NCBI GenBank assembly: GCA_017407665.1
Contig: JAFQWC010000139.1
Coordinates: forward strand, 7,309 to 71,308
Direction of reading: 5' to 3'
Source: Clostridia bacterium
Lineage (GTDB): Bacteria; Bacillota; Clostridia; Oscillospirales; Acutalibacteraceae
DNA length: 64,000 bases
Shown: positions 1 through 8,749 of the stretch, piece after piece
How the letters are laid out: each line of letters opens with the position of its first letter
How positions within the stretch are numbered: the first letter of the stretch is position 1
Notes under the pieces: generated by a model
What the model saw: the letters and a program-made list of their open reading frames with translations, nothing else
Told to the model about the DNA's origin: nothing
Database searches by the model: none
Translations under genes and position numbers: made by a program

Positions 1-33
1 AATATAGTTGGCTACATGATCACTGATCCGCAT
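1..33 (-). CDS. ctsR: 5' end of class III heat-shock repressor CtsR (runs off window)
   Basis: Minus-strand ATG at 33 after AAAAAGGAG RBS gives MRISDHVANYI, resembling a CtsR N-terminus. A CtsR box lies directly upstream. Only 11 codons are visible. Confidence 0.7.
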   Translation of the reverse strand, partial: MRISDHVANYI

Positions 34-60
34 ATCCCCATCTCCTTTTTCAAGTTTGTC

Positions 61-77
61 TTTGACTTTCTTTGACT
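61..77 (-). promoter_or_regulatory. CtsR operator (heptad direct repeat)
   Basis: Minus strand reads AGTCAAA-GAA-AGTCAAA, matching the consensus RGTCAAA-NAN-RGTCAAA. Confidence 0.85.
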
Positions 78-89
78 TTCCTTGATTAC

Positions 90-117
90 ATTATAGCGCA
101 TCCGGGAAAAATGTCAA
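90..117 (-). promoter_or_regulatory. sigma-A promoter of ctsR operon
   Basis: Minus strand TTGACA-16 bp-TATAAT. Confidence 0.85.
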
Positions 118-170
118 CCCCATACATTTTAACATTTTTATGAACAAGCAGCTCACCGAAATTCATCTGC

Positions 171-197
171 ACACAATCTCGCGTCGCACATAAGATG
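171..197 (+). promoter_or_regulatory. sigma-K-like (mother-cell) promoter of the interrupted small gene
   Basis: AC (171-172)-16 bp-CATAagaTG (189-197), versus the B. subtilis sigma-K consensus AC-16/17-CATAnnnTA. The motif is short, so a chance match is possible. Confidence 0.5.
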
Positions 198-226
198 TAC
201 TGTAAACGAAAGGAGGCGTATTCAAT

Positions 227-275
227 ATGTGTAATGGTGGTTTTGGTGGCTGCTCCTGGATCGTTATCATTATCC
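227..275 (+). pseudogene. 5' half of interrupted Cys-rich small membrane/spore protein gene (MCNGGFGGCSWIVIII...)
   Basis: AAGGAGG at 210-216 and ATG at 227. The frame runs into the att core. In the integrated state it continues QEQLQNP and stops at TGA 296-298. Confidence 0.85.
264..275 (+). repeat. attL core TTATCATTATCC
   Basis: Identical to 8639-8650. Lies within an 11-bp perfect inverted repeat, TGCTCCTGGAT (251-261) / ATCCAGGAGCA (272-282). Confidence 0.9.
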
Positions 276-313
276 AGGAGCAACTGCAAAACCCTTGATT
301 TTATGCGGTTTTT

Positions 314-1567
314 TCAGATGTTTTTTGAACTACTGTTCCAATTTTGTTCCAATGATTTCGCACCCTCCAGATGCATTGCAGAGAACACGGAGGAATGGTA
401 ATGATTCAAACGCTCTTTGTATTCCTCTTGATCAACCTGAATGTAATAAAGCGTCATCGCCTGCTCGCCATGTCCCAGAAGCTCTTGAATATCCTTTAGC
501 GGCATACCTTCTTTATAACACAAAGAGGCGCACGTGTCTCTTAAACAGTGGGCTGTGATTTCCGGGAGCCGCTCCTCCTCAGGCAGTTTGCAATTGATAC
601 GTCTGACCACTTCTTTCAGCATATCGTTAAAGGTCGAATTCTTCAGGTACGAGCCATATTTTGTTGTGAACACCAGATCTTTGGCAAATCTCTTTTGTCG
701 TCCCCAATAGCTCGGGCTCTGCTGTCTCCATAGCTCTTGAAATTCCTTTTCCTGATTCAGAATCTTCTCGATCTCTTCGGTGATTGGAGTGGATCGTACG
801 CTTTTGGCCGATTTGGGTGAATTGAAGTACGCCTCATCACGCGCTCCCGGAGTGCTGTGCAAGGTTCTGCGTACATACATTACACGTTTTGCCCAATCAA
901 TATCAGACCACCGAAGAGCCGCCATCTCGCCAAACCGATATCCGGTCAAAACCAGAAATTTGATGATCATCATCCAGTCTGTATATTCTTTTTTCGTATC
1001 GTACTGATAATTATTGAGCAAGGTTGTCAGCTGCTTTGACGTCAACGCGACCGCCTTTTTCGGCACATGGGTTTCTTTGACGCTAATCAATACAGCCGGA
1101 TTCATCGTGATCAATCCCGCGATTTGTGCATCGAGTAAAATCGCTTTCAAGACGGACAATACCCGCGAAGCAGACTTCAAGCCCTTTTCGTGCAGCGTAT
1201 TGGCCCATTTCTTAATCATGACGGGGGTGATATCCTGAAGCATCATATAACCGAAAGTCGGTTTTATATGTACCCGATAGGAAATATTGTATCCATGAAT
1301 CGAATGTGGCTTCAACTTATCCGGCGCGTAGACATTCAGCCATGTTTCATACCACTGATCCAGCGTGACTTGGGCACCCTTGACCATTACATTGTGCTCG
1401 TCTTCGTATTTTACATCACGATACATTTTCTTTATTTCTCGCTCGCTTTTGGCATACATCGGTGCTTGACGCCGACCAAAGCGATCTGTGTATCTCGCTA
1501 CATATAGACCGTCCTTTCTCTGCGAGATGCCTGTTCCAAGTTCTTTACCCTTTAAGTCTTTACCCAT
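314..1567 (-). CDS. int: Tyrosine recombinase/integrase, Tn916-Int-like N-terminal arm-binding domain
   Basis: N-terminal GISQRKDGLYVARYTD; catalytic motifs GYRFGE, PKS, HCLR, LLGH and a C-terminal Tyr (TLYY). Confidence 0.95.
   Translation of the reverse strand: MGKDLKGKELGTGISQRKDGLYVARYTDRFGRRQAPMYAKSEREIKKMYRDVKYEDEHNVMVKGAQVTLDQWYETWLNVYAPDKLKPHSIHGYNISYRVHIKPTFGYMMLQDITPVMIKKWANTLHEKGLKSASRVLSVLKAILLDAQIAGLITMNPAVLISVKETHVPKKAVALTSKQLTTLLNNYQYDTKKEYTDWMMIIKFLVLTGYRFGEMAALRWSDIDWAKRVMYVRRTLHSTPGARDEAYFNSPKSAKSVRSTPITEEIEKILNQEKEFQELWRQQSPSYWGRQKRFAKDLVFTTKYGSYLKNSTFNDMLKEVVRRINCKLPEEERLPEITAHCLRDTCASLCYKEGMPLKDIQELLGHGEQAMTLYYIQVDQEEYKERLNHYHSSVFSAMHLEGAKSLEQNWNSSSKNI
331..352 (+). repeat. 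Putative integrase arm-type sites (TGTTCCAA x2), left end
   Basis: TACTGTTCCAATTTTGTTCCAA; near-identical to 8464-8486. Confidence 0.75.
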
Positions 1568-1679
1568 AATTACTGACTCCTTTCCGAGCCAGAATCATGC
1601 CTATACTATTACAAATAAATTTTAGCATGTACATAATCTCCCTGCAATTAAAAAACGGCCTCGATTTTTACCGTTTTTA

Positions 1680-1889
1680 CTAAAGTAGTTTTTGGCTTTC
1701 AATCCATTTCTCAAATTTTCGCCTATGTATCATCCATTTGGTTCCGATGCGCAGCGAGAAAGGGCAACTCGGAATATCTGCCAGTGATCTGAGTCTGTTC
1801 TCGCCTATACCTGAATAAATGGCGGTCTCTTTGATGGTCAAGAGTAATTTTTGCGGAATTGGAATGATCGCTTGAGGACTTTCTTTCAT
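1680..1889 (-). CDS. xis: Tn916-type excisionase
   Basis: IPQKLLLTIKETAIYSGIGENRLR...IHRRKFEKWI. Small basic protein directly upstream of int. ATG at 1889 after AAGGAAGGTGA. Confidence 0.88.
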   Translation of the reverse strand: MKESPQAIIPIPQKLLLTIKETAIYSGIGENRLRSLADIPSCPFSLRIGTKWMIHRRKFEKWIESQKLL

Positions 1890-2096
1890 ACGCTTCACCT
1901 TCCTTTATTCAAATATATTATTTACATTCCTTAAATATGAAGAATGGCAGAGTTGAGATAGCTTGCCACCACCTAGTCTTGGCGCGATAAGTTTACTTTG
2001 GGTCTGTCTTCCTACGGTCATCATTTCCTGATACCTCTCAGTACAATGCCTCCTAAATACCAAGGGGCTGTACAGCGACAAAATACCGCATATTTA

Positions 2097-2125
2097 TTGA
2101 CAATTTTAAAGGAACACGGTATACT
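2097..2125 (+). promoter_or_regulatory. sigma-A promoter for cargo operon
   Basis: TTGACA-17 bp-TATACT, about 180 bp upstream of the kinase ATG. Confidence 0.7.
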
Positions 2126-2307
2126 ATATTATATATTTTTGGTAATATGCGACAAACTTTTCTATCAAAAAGTCCAAGCCATAACGGCCGATATTAAGTA
2201 TAGCATTGTTTGTATTCAGCATTTTACAATTACCATTTTCAACATTGTTGCAATCATCCTATATCTACGCATAAAGAATAGTAGGGGTTTAAGAGGAGGA
2301 AATCATC

Positions 2308-5300
2308 ATGGCTCAGTATTATTGTGTGCATTGTATGAATGCACTTTCTGGCGATGCATGCAGCTTCTGCGGAAAAAGTACAAATGAATACAAGGCGGCA
2401 CCGCATCACTTACAGCCGGGTACAATACTCAGCGGTAAGTATTTAGTTGGTGCGGTTTTGGGAGAAGGTGGTTTCGGAATCACCTATATTGGTCGCGACA
2501 TCAATCTGGATATCAAGGTTGCTATAAAAGAATACTTTCCCTCAGGAGTTGTGAACCGCAACAATACCAGTTCTGCGGAGATTATCGCTAATGTAGGCGA
2601 TGCTCAGGCATTCTTTGAAAAAGGCAAAAACAGTTTTCTGGGAGAAGCGCGTACATTAGCAAAGTTTTCGAATGAACCGAGTATTGTTTCAGTACGCGAC
2701 TTTTTTTCTGAAAACAGCACCGCATATATTGTGATGGAATATCTTGAAGGAATCGATCTGCAGACTTACATCAAACAGCACGGCAAGATGTCCTTTGAGC
2801 AAACAGTTACTATGCTCACCCCCATTATGAAAGCCCTCTCTAAGATTCATGGACAGGGGTTGATTCATCGAGATATCAGCCCGGCAAATATTATGATTCT
2901 GAAAGACGGAACCGTAAAGCTTCTTGATTTTGGTGCTGCCCGTGAGGTCGACAACACCTACGAGAAAAGCCTTTCTATCTTTTTGAAACCCGGATTCGCC
3001 CCGGAAGAACAATACCGCACAAAGGGACGCCAAGGCCCCTGGACTGACGTTTATGCTTTGTCTGCGACAATGTATAAGATGATGACCGGTCTCACGCCTT
3101 TGGATGTAATGAACCGAGTTTTTTCGGACGATCTCAAAAAGATAACCGAACTGAATCCGAGTGTTACCCCGACGCAAGAAGCCATTATCTTCAAAGGTAT
3201 GGCTGTTCAGCAGGTTAATCGGTATCAGACCGTCGACGAATTGTGTGCTGACTGCCAATCCGGGATGGTAAATATTCAAGACACTGAAAAGACTGTCAGT
3301 ATCCTAGACATTGAAAAGACAATCAGCACCGTGGCGGGCAATCATGATTCGATGAATACATGGCAAAATAGCTCGAGTCCGACTCCGAGTCCGATTCCTG
3401 GTCCGAGTCCGATTCCCAATCCGAGCCCGATTCCCAATCCGAGCCCGATTCCCAATCCGAGCCCGACAACGCAGCAGAGCAATCCTGTTGCAAACAGCCA
3501 CGAATCAATTAAGAGAGATAGAAATAATAAGAAAGATAAACATAATATAAAAGATAAAAAGCCAAATATTGCGGCATTTATTGGTTCCATTATTACCGGA
3601 TTGCTTACCCTCTATCTCATCCTAACCACTGCATCACTGATCATTGAAGAAATGAATCCCGTCATTTCTATTATTTTGACTGTTCTGTCTGGTGCTGCAA
3701 CTTTCTTCCTTGGAAGATTGTATTTCCCGAGAATTGACAACAAAAAGAGAAAGCCGAATATTTTCTGCCTTGTTGCCGGCATACTCTCCTCGCTGTTCAC
3801 GATTTACTGCGCATGGCTTACCTATATCAACTTTACAGATACGTGGGCAGAGAAAGGAGCCGGTGAATTCAGCTTCACATTAACTATCCTGTCTCTGGCT
3901 CTTCCTGTATTCTTTGGCTACTTCTACTATCCCAGATTGGAAAGAAAGAAACGAAATCTTGCCGTAAAGATTTATGGCGGAATTGCCGCAAGTGCTGTTG
4001 CGGCCTTCGTTATCAGTGTTATTTTTACAACTGCAAGTACGGTTACAATCGGAGATCAGAACATTGACCGAGATGCTACCAGTGTGTCATTAGTACTTGA
4101 TATTACGACGAACAACGATATTGCCAAGCTTAAAGAACTGAAGAACCTTCAAGAGTTGTATATAACCGCCTGCTTCCTTGATGACGAAGATGTTAAGATT
4201 TTAGGTGAGCTTACGCAGCTTAAGGAACTATCAATTTCGGACAACACGGATATTACCGATATTTCCCCGCTCAGCAATCTTACGGAACTTACATACTTAA
4301 ATATTTCAAACACCAAGGTAACGGACATTTCATGCCTATCTAATTTGGTAAAACTTGAATATCTGTATTTCAGCAAAACAAAAATTTCTGACCTGAGTGT
4401 GCTGAAGAATTTTACCATGTTGGATATACTGCAAATGGATGAAATCGATGGCCTTAATGCCTCAACGATTGTTCTGCCGGCAAGCGTTAGTACACTGTAT
4501 TGCAGGAGCAATAAGCTGGAATCTCTTGACTTCGTTTGTGGATCTGAATCCCTGACAAGCATCCATGCTTCCAACAACCAAATCAGTGATTTGACACCTT
4601 TGTCGAAATTTACTCTTTATTCTATTGATTTAGCGGCAAATAAAATTACTGACCTTTCTCCGTTAAACCTTAGCGCAGCCGGCACTTTGGATGTATCAAC
4701 AAATGCAATCACGGATATTTCTTGTCTAAAAGGAGTTCCTGTATCTTTTCTGGATTTGGGATACAACCAGATTTCCGACATTTCTGCTTTGGCTGATAAT
4801 TATAAACTCTCCCAGGTAGATCTAAACAACAATCAGATCACGGATATTCGTGCTCTGAAAGACTGTTTTAATATCTATTCTTTGGATATCGCCTTTAATC
4901 AGATCACTGATATCAGCGCGATTGCAACCATTGATGACTTGAAGTCCTTTAATGCACGCGGAAATAAAATTGCAGATATTTCTCCTTTAGCATCGTGTAC
5001 CAAGTTCATAGAAAGTGGACACGCTATTGATTTGAGAGATAACCAGATAATAAGTGTTGAAGCTCTTTCTAAGTATACAAAGACTAAATACATTTATCTC
5101 TCGGGCAACCAAATTACAGATATTTCCCCGTTGCAATATTGTGCTGCATTAGAAACGCTCAAACTCAACAATAATCAGATCAGTGATGTATCTGCACTCA
5201 GCGTGCTGCCGGAATTGTATTCCTTGCAAATCGTAAACAATCCAATTACCAGTCTGAATGCATTGGAGCTGGCTGGTTATGAGAATTCGATTTTAAACAC

Positions 5301-5523
5301 ATCTACTTTATCTATTACCTACAATGAAGGTATTGATTTTGCTAAGCTTGCTGAAACCGAAACGCTTCGTGTCAGTGTATATGATGTTCCTCCAAGACAG
5401 CAAGAAACGATCCGCGGTTATGGGTTCTCCACGCGCCAGAGCATTTCCGATCTTTTAGATGAGATTGAGAAAAACAGCGATATCACGGAAGAAAATACAT
5501 CCGAGGAGGATACGAATGGCTAA
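2308..5523 (+). CDS. Membrane Hanks-type Ser/Thr kinase: Zn-ribbon, kinase, Pro-rich linker, ~5 TM, C-terminal leucine-rich repeats
   Basis: CVHC..CSFC; GEGGFG, VAIK, HRDISPAN, DFG, APEEQ; hydrophobic segments; many internalin-like repeats (e.g. LYLSGNQITDISPL). RBS AGGAGG. Confidence 0.93.
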   Translation: MAQYYCVHCMNALSGDACSFCGKSTNEYKAAPHHLQPGTILSGKYLVGAVLGEGGFGITYIGRDINLDIKVAIKEYFPSGVVNRNNTSSAEIIANVGDAQAFFEKGKNSFLGEARTLAKFSNEPSIVSVRDFFSENSTAYIVMEYLEGIDLQTYIKQHGKMSFEQTVTMLTPIMKALSKIHGQGLIHRDISPANIMILKDGTVKLLDFGAAREVDNTYEKSLSIFLKPGFAPEEQYRTKGRQGPWTDVYALSATMYKMMTGLTPLDVMNRVFSDDLKKITELNPSVTPTQEAIIFKGMAVQQVNRYQTVDELCADCQSGMVNIQDTEKTVSILDIEKTISTVAGNHDSMNTWQNSSSPTPSPIPGPSPIPNPSPIPNPSPIPNPSPTTQQSNPVANSHESIKRDRNNKKDKHNIKDKKPNIAAFIGSIITGLLTLYLILTTASLIIEEMNPVISIILTVLSGAATFFLGRLYFPRIDNKKRKPNIFCLVAGILSSLFTIYCAWLTYINFTDTWAEKGAGEFSFTLTILSLALPVFFGYFYYPRLERKKRNLAVKIYGGIAASAVAAFVISVIFTTASTVTIGDQNIDRDATSVSLVLDITTNNDIAKLKELKNLQELYITACFLDDEDVKILGELTQLKELSISDNTDITDISPLSNLTELTYLNISNTKVTDISCLSNLVKLEYLYFSKTKISDLSVLKNFTMLDILQMDEIDGLNASTIVLPASVSTLYCRSNKLESLDFVCGSESLTSIHASNNQISDLTPLSKFTLYSIDLAANKITDLSPLNLSAAGTLDVSTNAITDISCLKGVPVSFLDLGYNQISDISALADNYKLSQVDLNNNQITDIRALKDCFNIYSLDIAFNQITDISAIATIDDLKSFNARGNKIADISPLASCTKFIESGHAIDLRDNQIISVEALSKYTKTKYIYLSGNQITDISPLQYCAALETLKLNNNQISDVSALSVLPELYSLQIVNNPITSLNALELAGYENSILNTSTLSITYNEGIDFAKLAETETLRVSVYDVPPRQQETIRGYGFSTRQSISDLLDEIEKNSDITEENTSEEDTNG
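3385..3465 (+). repeat. 18-bp tandem repeat encoding (PSPIPN)n linker
   Basis: CCGATTCCCAATCCGAGC x3 plus degenerate copies. Confidence 0.9.
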
Positions 5524-7117
5524 GACGGTTTTTTTTGATGCGCATGCCTCAAAAAGTGCTGCGCTTGTACTGTTTAATAAAGAGCAAGTCCTTGGAACGA
5601 ACCGACTCAATATCCTTACATCTATTGGCAGAGCCACCGAGCGGAGCACGTGCGACATTAAAATCAATGCTCCAATTGTTTCTCGTTCTCATGGAGAAAT
5701 AGCATTTATCGACGGAGAATACTACTACAGGGACTTAAACAGCACGAACGGCACATATATCAATAATGTTCTTATAGGCAAAAACTCTCCTGTTAACCAA
5801 CAGGTAAAGCAGCTGCAGGACGGAGACATCCTTTGCTTTGATATCCGGCAGAACGGTAAGAGCAGACCGGACTGTGTGTATGCCTTATTCACAACATTTG
5901 GTAATACAAATTGTAAGTGGAGCAGCTTAGCGCTGGAATCCGACATAGTAGAAGTATGCATTGGTCGCTCCGGCCAATCCGCTCTCCAGATTAACAGTGA
6001 TGTCATATCCGAAAAACACGCTTCTTTCTTTTTCACCAGTAACGGTTGGGCTATTATTGACCATCAGAGTACAAACGGTGTTTATCTGAATGGTAAAAGG
6101 ATGTCTGCCCCCCGCTACCTGGAAGCGTTCGATGTCGTACGAATCGCGGATACATACCTTATATTTACAGGGGATCGGCTGCTGTTTTCCAACGGTATTG
6201 CGAACTTTGAGGAGCAACCGGTTCAAAGTCAGCCTTCTCTTGCTGTTGCTGAAACACCTGTCAGGTCGACGGTTAATCCCGGTCAGCCCAAAACAGACGG
6301 CCAGCTGATCATCAACATAACAGAGCGAAGTGTTATGCAAAGATTCAGAAAAATGCTCTTGCTCCAGGACATCAATCTCTCTGTTTCTAATGGAGAAATG
6401 GTTTTGATTTTGGGTGGTTCCGGTGCCGGTAAGACAACTTTCATAAATGCTGTGATGGGTTATGAAAAAGCTTCCGGAAAGATCCTGTATAAGGACACCG
6501 ACATCTATGCCGAATATGAGCAAATGAAGTATGAGATTGGATTTGTGCCTCAGCAAGATCTTCTGCGCGGAAGCGATACGGTGTATGATACACTTTCCAA
6601 TGCGGCAGAGATGAAGCTTCCCAGAAAAATAAGCTATGAAGACCGTGAGCATCGGATCGATATCGTTTTGGATCAACTTGGATTAAGCCGAGAGAAAGAA
6701 ACATTGGTATCGAAACTAAGCGGCGGACAAAGAAAGCGTCTGAGCATTGCTGTTGAGTTCATTGCCAATCCCAGTCTTTTCTTCCTTGATGAACCGGACT
6801 CCGGTTTGGATGACATTATGGGAAGAAGCTTAATGGAAAATTTGAGAACCATTGCTGATCAAGGAAAAATCGTAATGGTGATCACGCACAGCCCTGAACG
6901 TGCATCGGACCTGTTTGATAAGGTTATTGTTCTGGCTAAGAGCACGAAGGATAATTGCGGTCATTTGGCGTTCTATGGTTCAGTCAGCGAGGCGTTTAAG
7001 TTCTTTGAAGTCTCCAGCTTCAGAGAGATCGTAAAGAAAATCAACCGGCCCGATGAAAATGGCGAGGGTTTGTCCGACTTCTTTATCGATAAGTATGCCG
7101 TTTATAGCAAGGAGTGA
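5516..7117 (+). CDS. Tandem-FHA ABC transporter ATP-binding protein
   Basis: Two FHA motifs (IGR..VSRSH..STNGT; IGR..ISEKH..STNGV), then GGSGAGKT, LSGGQ, FFLDEP. ATG at 5516 after GAGGAGG overlaps the kinase stop. Confidence 0.93.
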   Translation: MAKTVFFDAHASKSAALVLFNKEQVLGTNRLNILTSIGRATERSTCDIKINAPIVSRSHGEIAFIDGEYYYRDLNSTNGTYINNVLIGKNSPVNQQVKQLQDGDILCFDIRQNGKSRPDCVYALFTTFGNTNCKWSSLALESDIVEVCIGRSGQSALQINSDVISEKHASFFFTSNGWAIIDHQSTNGVYLNGKRMSAPRYLEAFDVVRIADTYLIFTGDRLLFSNGIANFEEQPVQSQPSLAVAETPVRSTVNPGQPKTDGQLIINITERSVMQRFRKMLLLQDINLSVSNGEMVLILGGSGAGKTTFINAVMGYEKASGKILYKDTDIYAEYEQMKYEIGFVPQQDLLRGSDTVYDTLSNAAEMKLPRKISYEDREHRIDIVLDQLGLSREKETLVSKLSGGQRKRLSIAVEFIANPSLFFLDEPDSGLDDIMGRSLMENLRTIADQGKIVMVITHSPERASDLFDKVIVLAKSTKDNCGHLAFYGSVSEAFKFFEVSSFREIVKKINRPDENGEGLSDFFIDKYAVYSKE

Positions 7118-8004
7118 CGCTCGTGGGAAATACAAGAATAGGCCGCATAGGCCAAATTAAAGTTTATATCGGCAAGTGCTTTCGCACTTTTGTGCACGAG
7201 AGAGGCTGGAAATCACTGATAAGCACGCTCATTATTTCGATTATCCTTGCCTGGGTAATTGGAGATAATACATTCTCCGTGAATGAAAGCACGAAGACGG
7301 GTGTCTTTGCAATGATCTGCGGATGTATTTGGACGGGATTGTTCAACTCCATTCAGTCTATTTGCCGAGAAAGAGCAATCATTAAAAGAGAGCATAGAAC
7401 AGGATTGCATATATCTTCCTACGTTTTGGCACATATGCTATTCGAGTTCGTACAGTGTGTTGCTGAAGCACTTCTCCTTACAATAGTATTTGATATCTTT
7501 CGAGAATTTCCATCTTCGGGTGTCTTGTTTGAATGGACAGCATTCGAGTTCTTCATTTCGTTCACACTGATAATCTTCTGTGCAGATGCTCTCGGAATTT
7601 TGGTCTCCTGCATTGTAAAGAACGAGAATGCCGCAATGACGGTTATGCCATTTGTGCTCATCGTTCAGCTCGTTATGTCGGGTATGATGTTTGCACTGCC
7701 GGAAAATGCCGAACCGATCAAAGAGTTGACCATCAGCAAATGGGGCTTATGTGCAATCTGCAGTTCTGCCGATCTAAACGAGATCCCCACAAAGGATACA
7801 TTGGAAAAAATCAAAACGGCATCGAACTCTGATGAGAAAATTACAAGTTGGAAGGATTTGGGCCTCACCCAGGAGTATGACATGGACTATGAGGCTTCCG
7901 TGCAGAATGTGACCAAAACGTGGCTGGTTTTGATTTTGTATAGTGCTCTGTATGGAATCATCGGTATTTTATTCCTGAAATTAGTAGACAAGGATAAACG
8001 CTGA
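7114..8004 (+). CDS. ABC-2 type permease
   Basis: Multiple TM segments and SICRERAIIKRE motif; GTGA overlap with the ATPase gene. Confidence 0.88.
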   Translation: MTLVGNTRIGRIGQIKVYIGKCFRTFVHERGWKSLISTLIISIILAWVIGDNTFSVNESTKTGVFAMICGCIWTGLFNSIQSICRERAIIKREHRTGLHISSYVLAHMLFEFVQCVAEALLLTIVFDIFREFPSSGVLFEWTAFEFFISFTLIIFCADALGILVSCIVKNENAAMTVMPFVLIVQLVMSGMMFALPENAEPIKELTISKWGLCAICSSADLNEIPTKDTLEKIKTASNSDEKITSWKDLGLTQEYDMDYEASVQNVTKTWLVLILYSALYGIIGILFLKLVDKDKR

Positions 8005-8463
8005 GATTTCCCCTTGTGTTTAGTTGTCCGTTCACTTTTTTCAGGAAGCGGATTGAAGTTTATTCAAAATTGAAATCTCGGGACAGATTTCCGCTTGGTG
8101 TTCAGGCCTTTATCGTAATCTGTCCGGAGATTTCTTTTTTTATATCCAAAGATTTTTATTTCACCAGTAAAGTTGGAGCTCTATTTTTGAAAATTATATT
8201 GTTCAACCGCAAAGACATTTGGGTAATTGGTTTGTAGCTCTCGTACAGGCATTAGTCTGTCATAAAATAACTTTGCCCGAGATGTCCTCTCAGATGTGAT
8301 TTGCGTACAATCGAGAAACAACATAAACAAAGGTATAGCCATATTTCCCTGGTATGCCCTTGTTTATCTGGTTTTTAATTTTGTATGTACGAAACTATGG
8401 GCTTGGATTCGTACTTGGTCCAGATAAAATGACATCGATTACAACTGCGTATTTCGATGGTTT

Positions 8464-8525
8464 TACTGTTCCAATTTTTGTTCCAAAATCGAGTAAATTA
8501 CGTGGAATTACGTGAAGATACGTGA
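8464..8525 (+). repeat. Right-end arm-type repeats (TGTTCCAA x2) and three 10-bp-spaced TACGTG repeats (putative Xis sites)
   Basis: TACTGTTCCAATTTTTGTTCCAA at 8464-8486; AATTACGTGG-AATTACGTGA-AGATACGTGA at 8496-8525. Confidence 0.7.
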
Positions 8526-8638
8526 GGTTTGATGTTCACTCTGAAAATCGACCAATTTCCAAAAAGGCTAGATTTTAAGCCACTTTTTAGGGGGTCGTTA
8601 GGGACTGTATGGAATCTGCGTAAAGAAGGCGTTGAAAA

Positions 8639-8650
8639 TTATCATTATCC
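8639..8650 (+). repeat. attR core TTATCATTATCC
   Basis: Identical to 264-275. Confidence 0.9.
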
Positions 8651-8733
8651 TGATCCTTCTGTGCTGCAACAGCGGCAGCAACTACAACAACGGCAACGAT
8701 TGCGGCTGCGGCTGCAACAACTGCGGTTGCTGA
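8641..8733 (+). pseudogene. 3' half of interrupted Cys-rich small protein gene (IIILILLCCNSGSNYNNGNDCGCGCNNCGC*)
   Basis: In frame with the 5' half across the core. Host-like codons (TGC, AAC, GGC). TGA at 8731-8733, followed by a terminator. Confidence 0.85.
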
Positions 8734-8749
8734 CAGAATAGCATAACAA

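Larger units (their letters stand above)
264..8650. mobile_element. Integrative element (int + xis + kinase/FHA-ABC cargo), ~8.4 kb
   Basis: 12-bp direct repeats at 264-275 and 8639-8650. Integrase ends next to attL. Matching arm-type repeats occur at both ends. Visibly more AT-rich than the downstream chromosome. Confidence 0.92.

Noticed and set aside
195-401. 68-aa ORF spanning attL
   Set aside because: Wrong frame relative to the AAGGAGG RBS; chimeric across the element junction.
1890-1960. Possible sporulation-sigma promoter upstream of xis (TCATATT...AATATATT on the minus strand)
   Set aside because: AT-rich context with imperfect -10 and spacing; cannot be supported without TSS data, though it is worth testing.
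3385-3465. Tandem repeats as a possible CRISPR array
   Set aside because: No spacers; in-frame 18-bp coding repeat of a Pro-rich linker. No CRISPR array or cas gene is seen in the window.
8005-8460. 73-aa ORF and AT-rich segment at the right end of the element
   Set aside because: No RBS or recognisable motif; likely non-coding or a decayed remnant.
264-8650. Calling the element a prophage or conjugative ICE
   Set aside because: No structural, replication, relaxase or T4SS genes lie between the att sites.
8529-8741. 70-aa Gln/Arg-rich ORF, and the antisense 8645-8860 Cys/Arg ORF
   Set aside because: Alternative-frame readings of the 3' half of the interrupted Cys-rich gene; the plus-strand ORF crosses attR and has no RBS.
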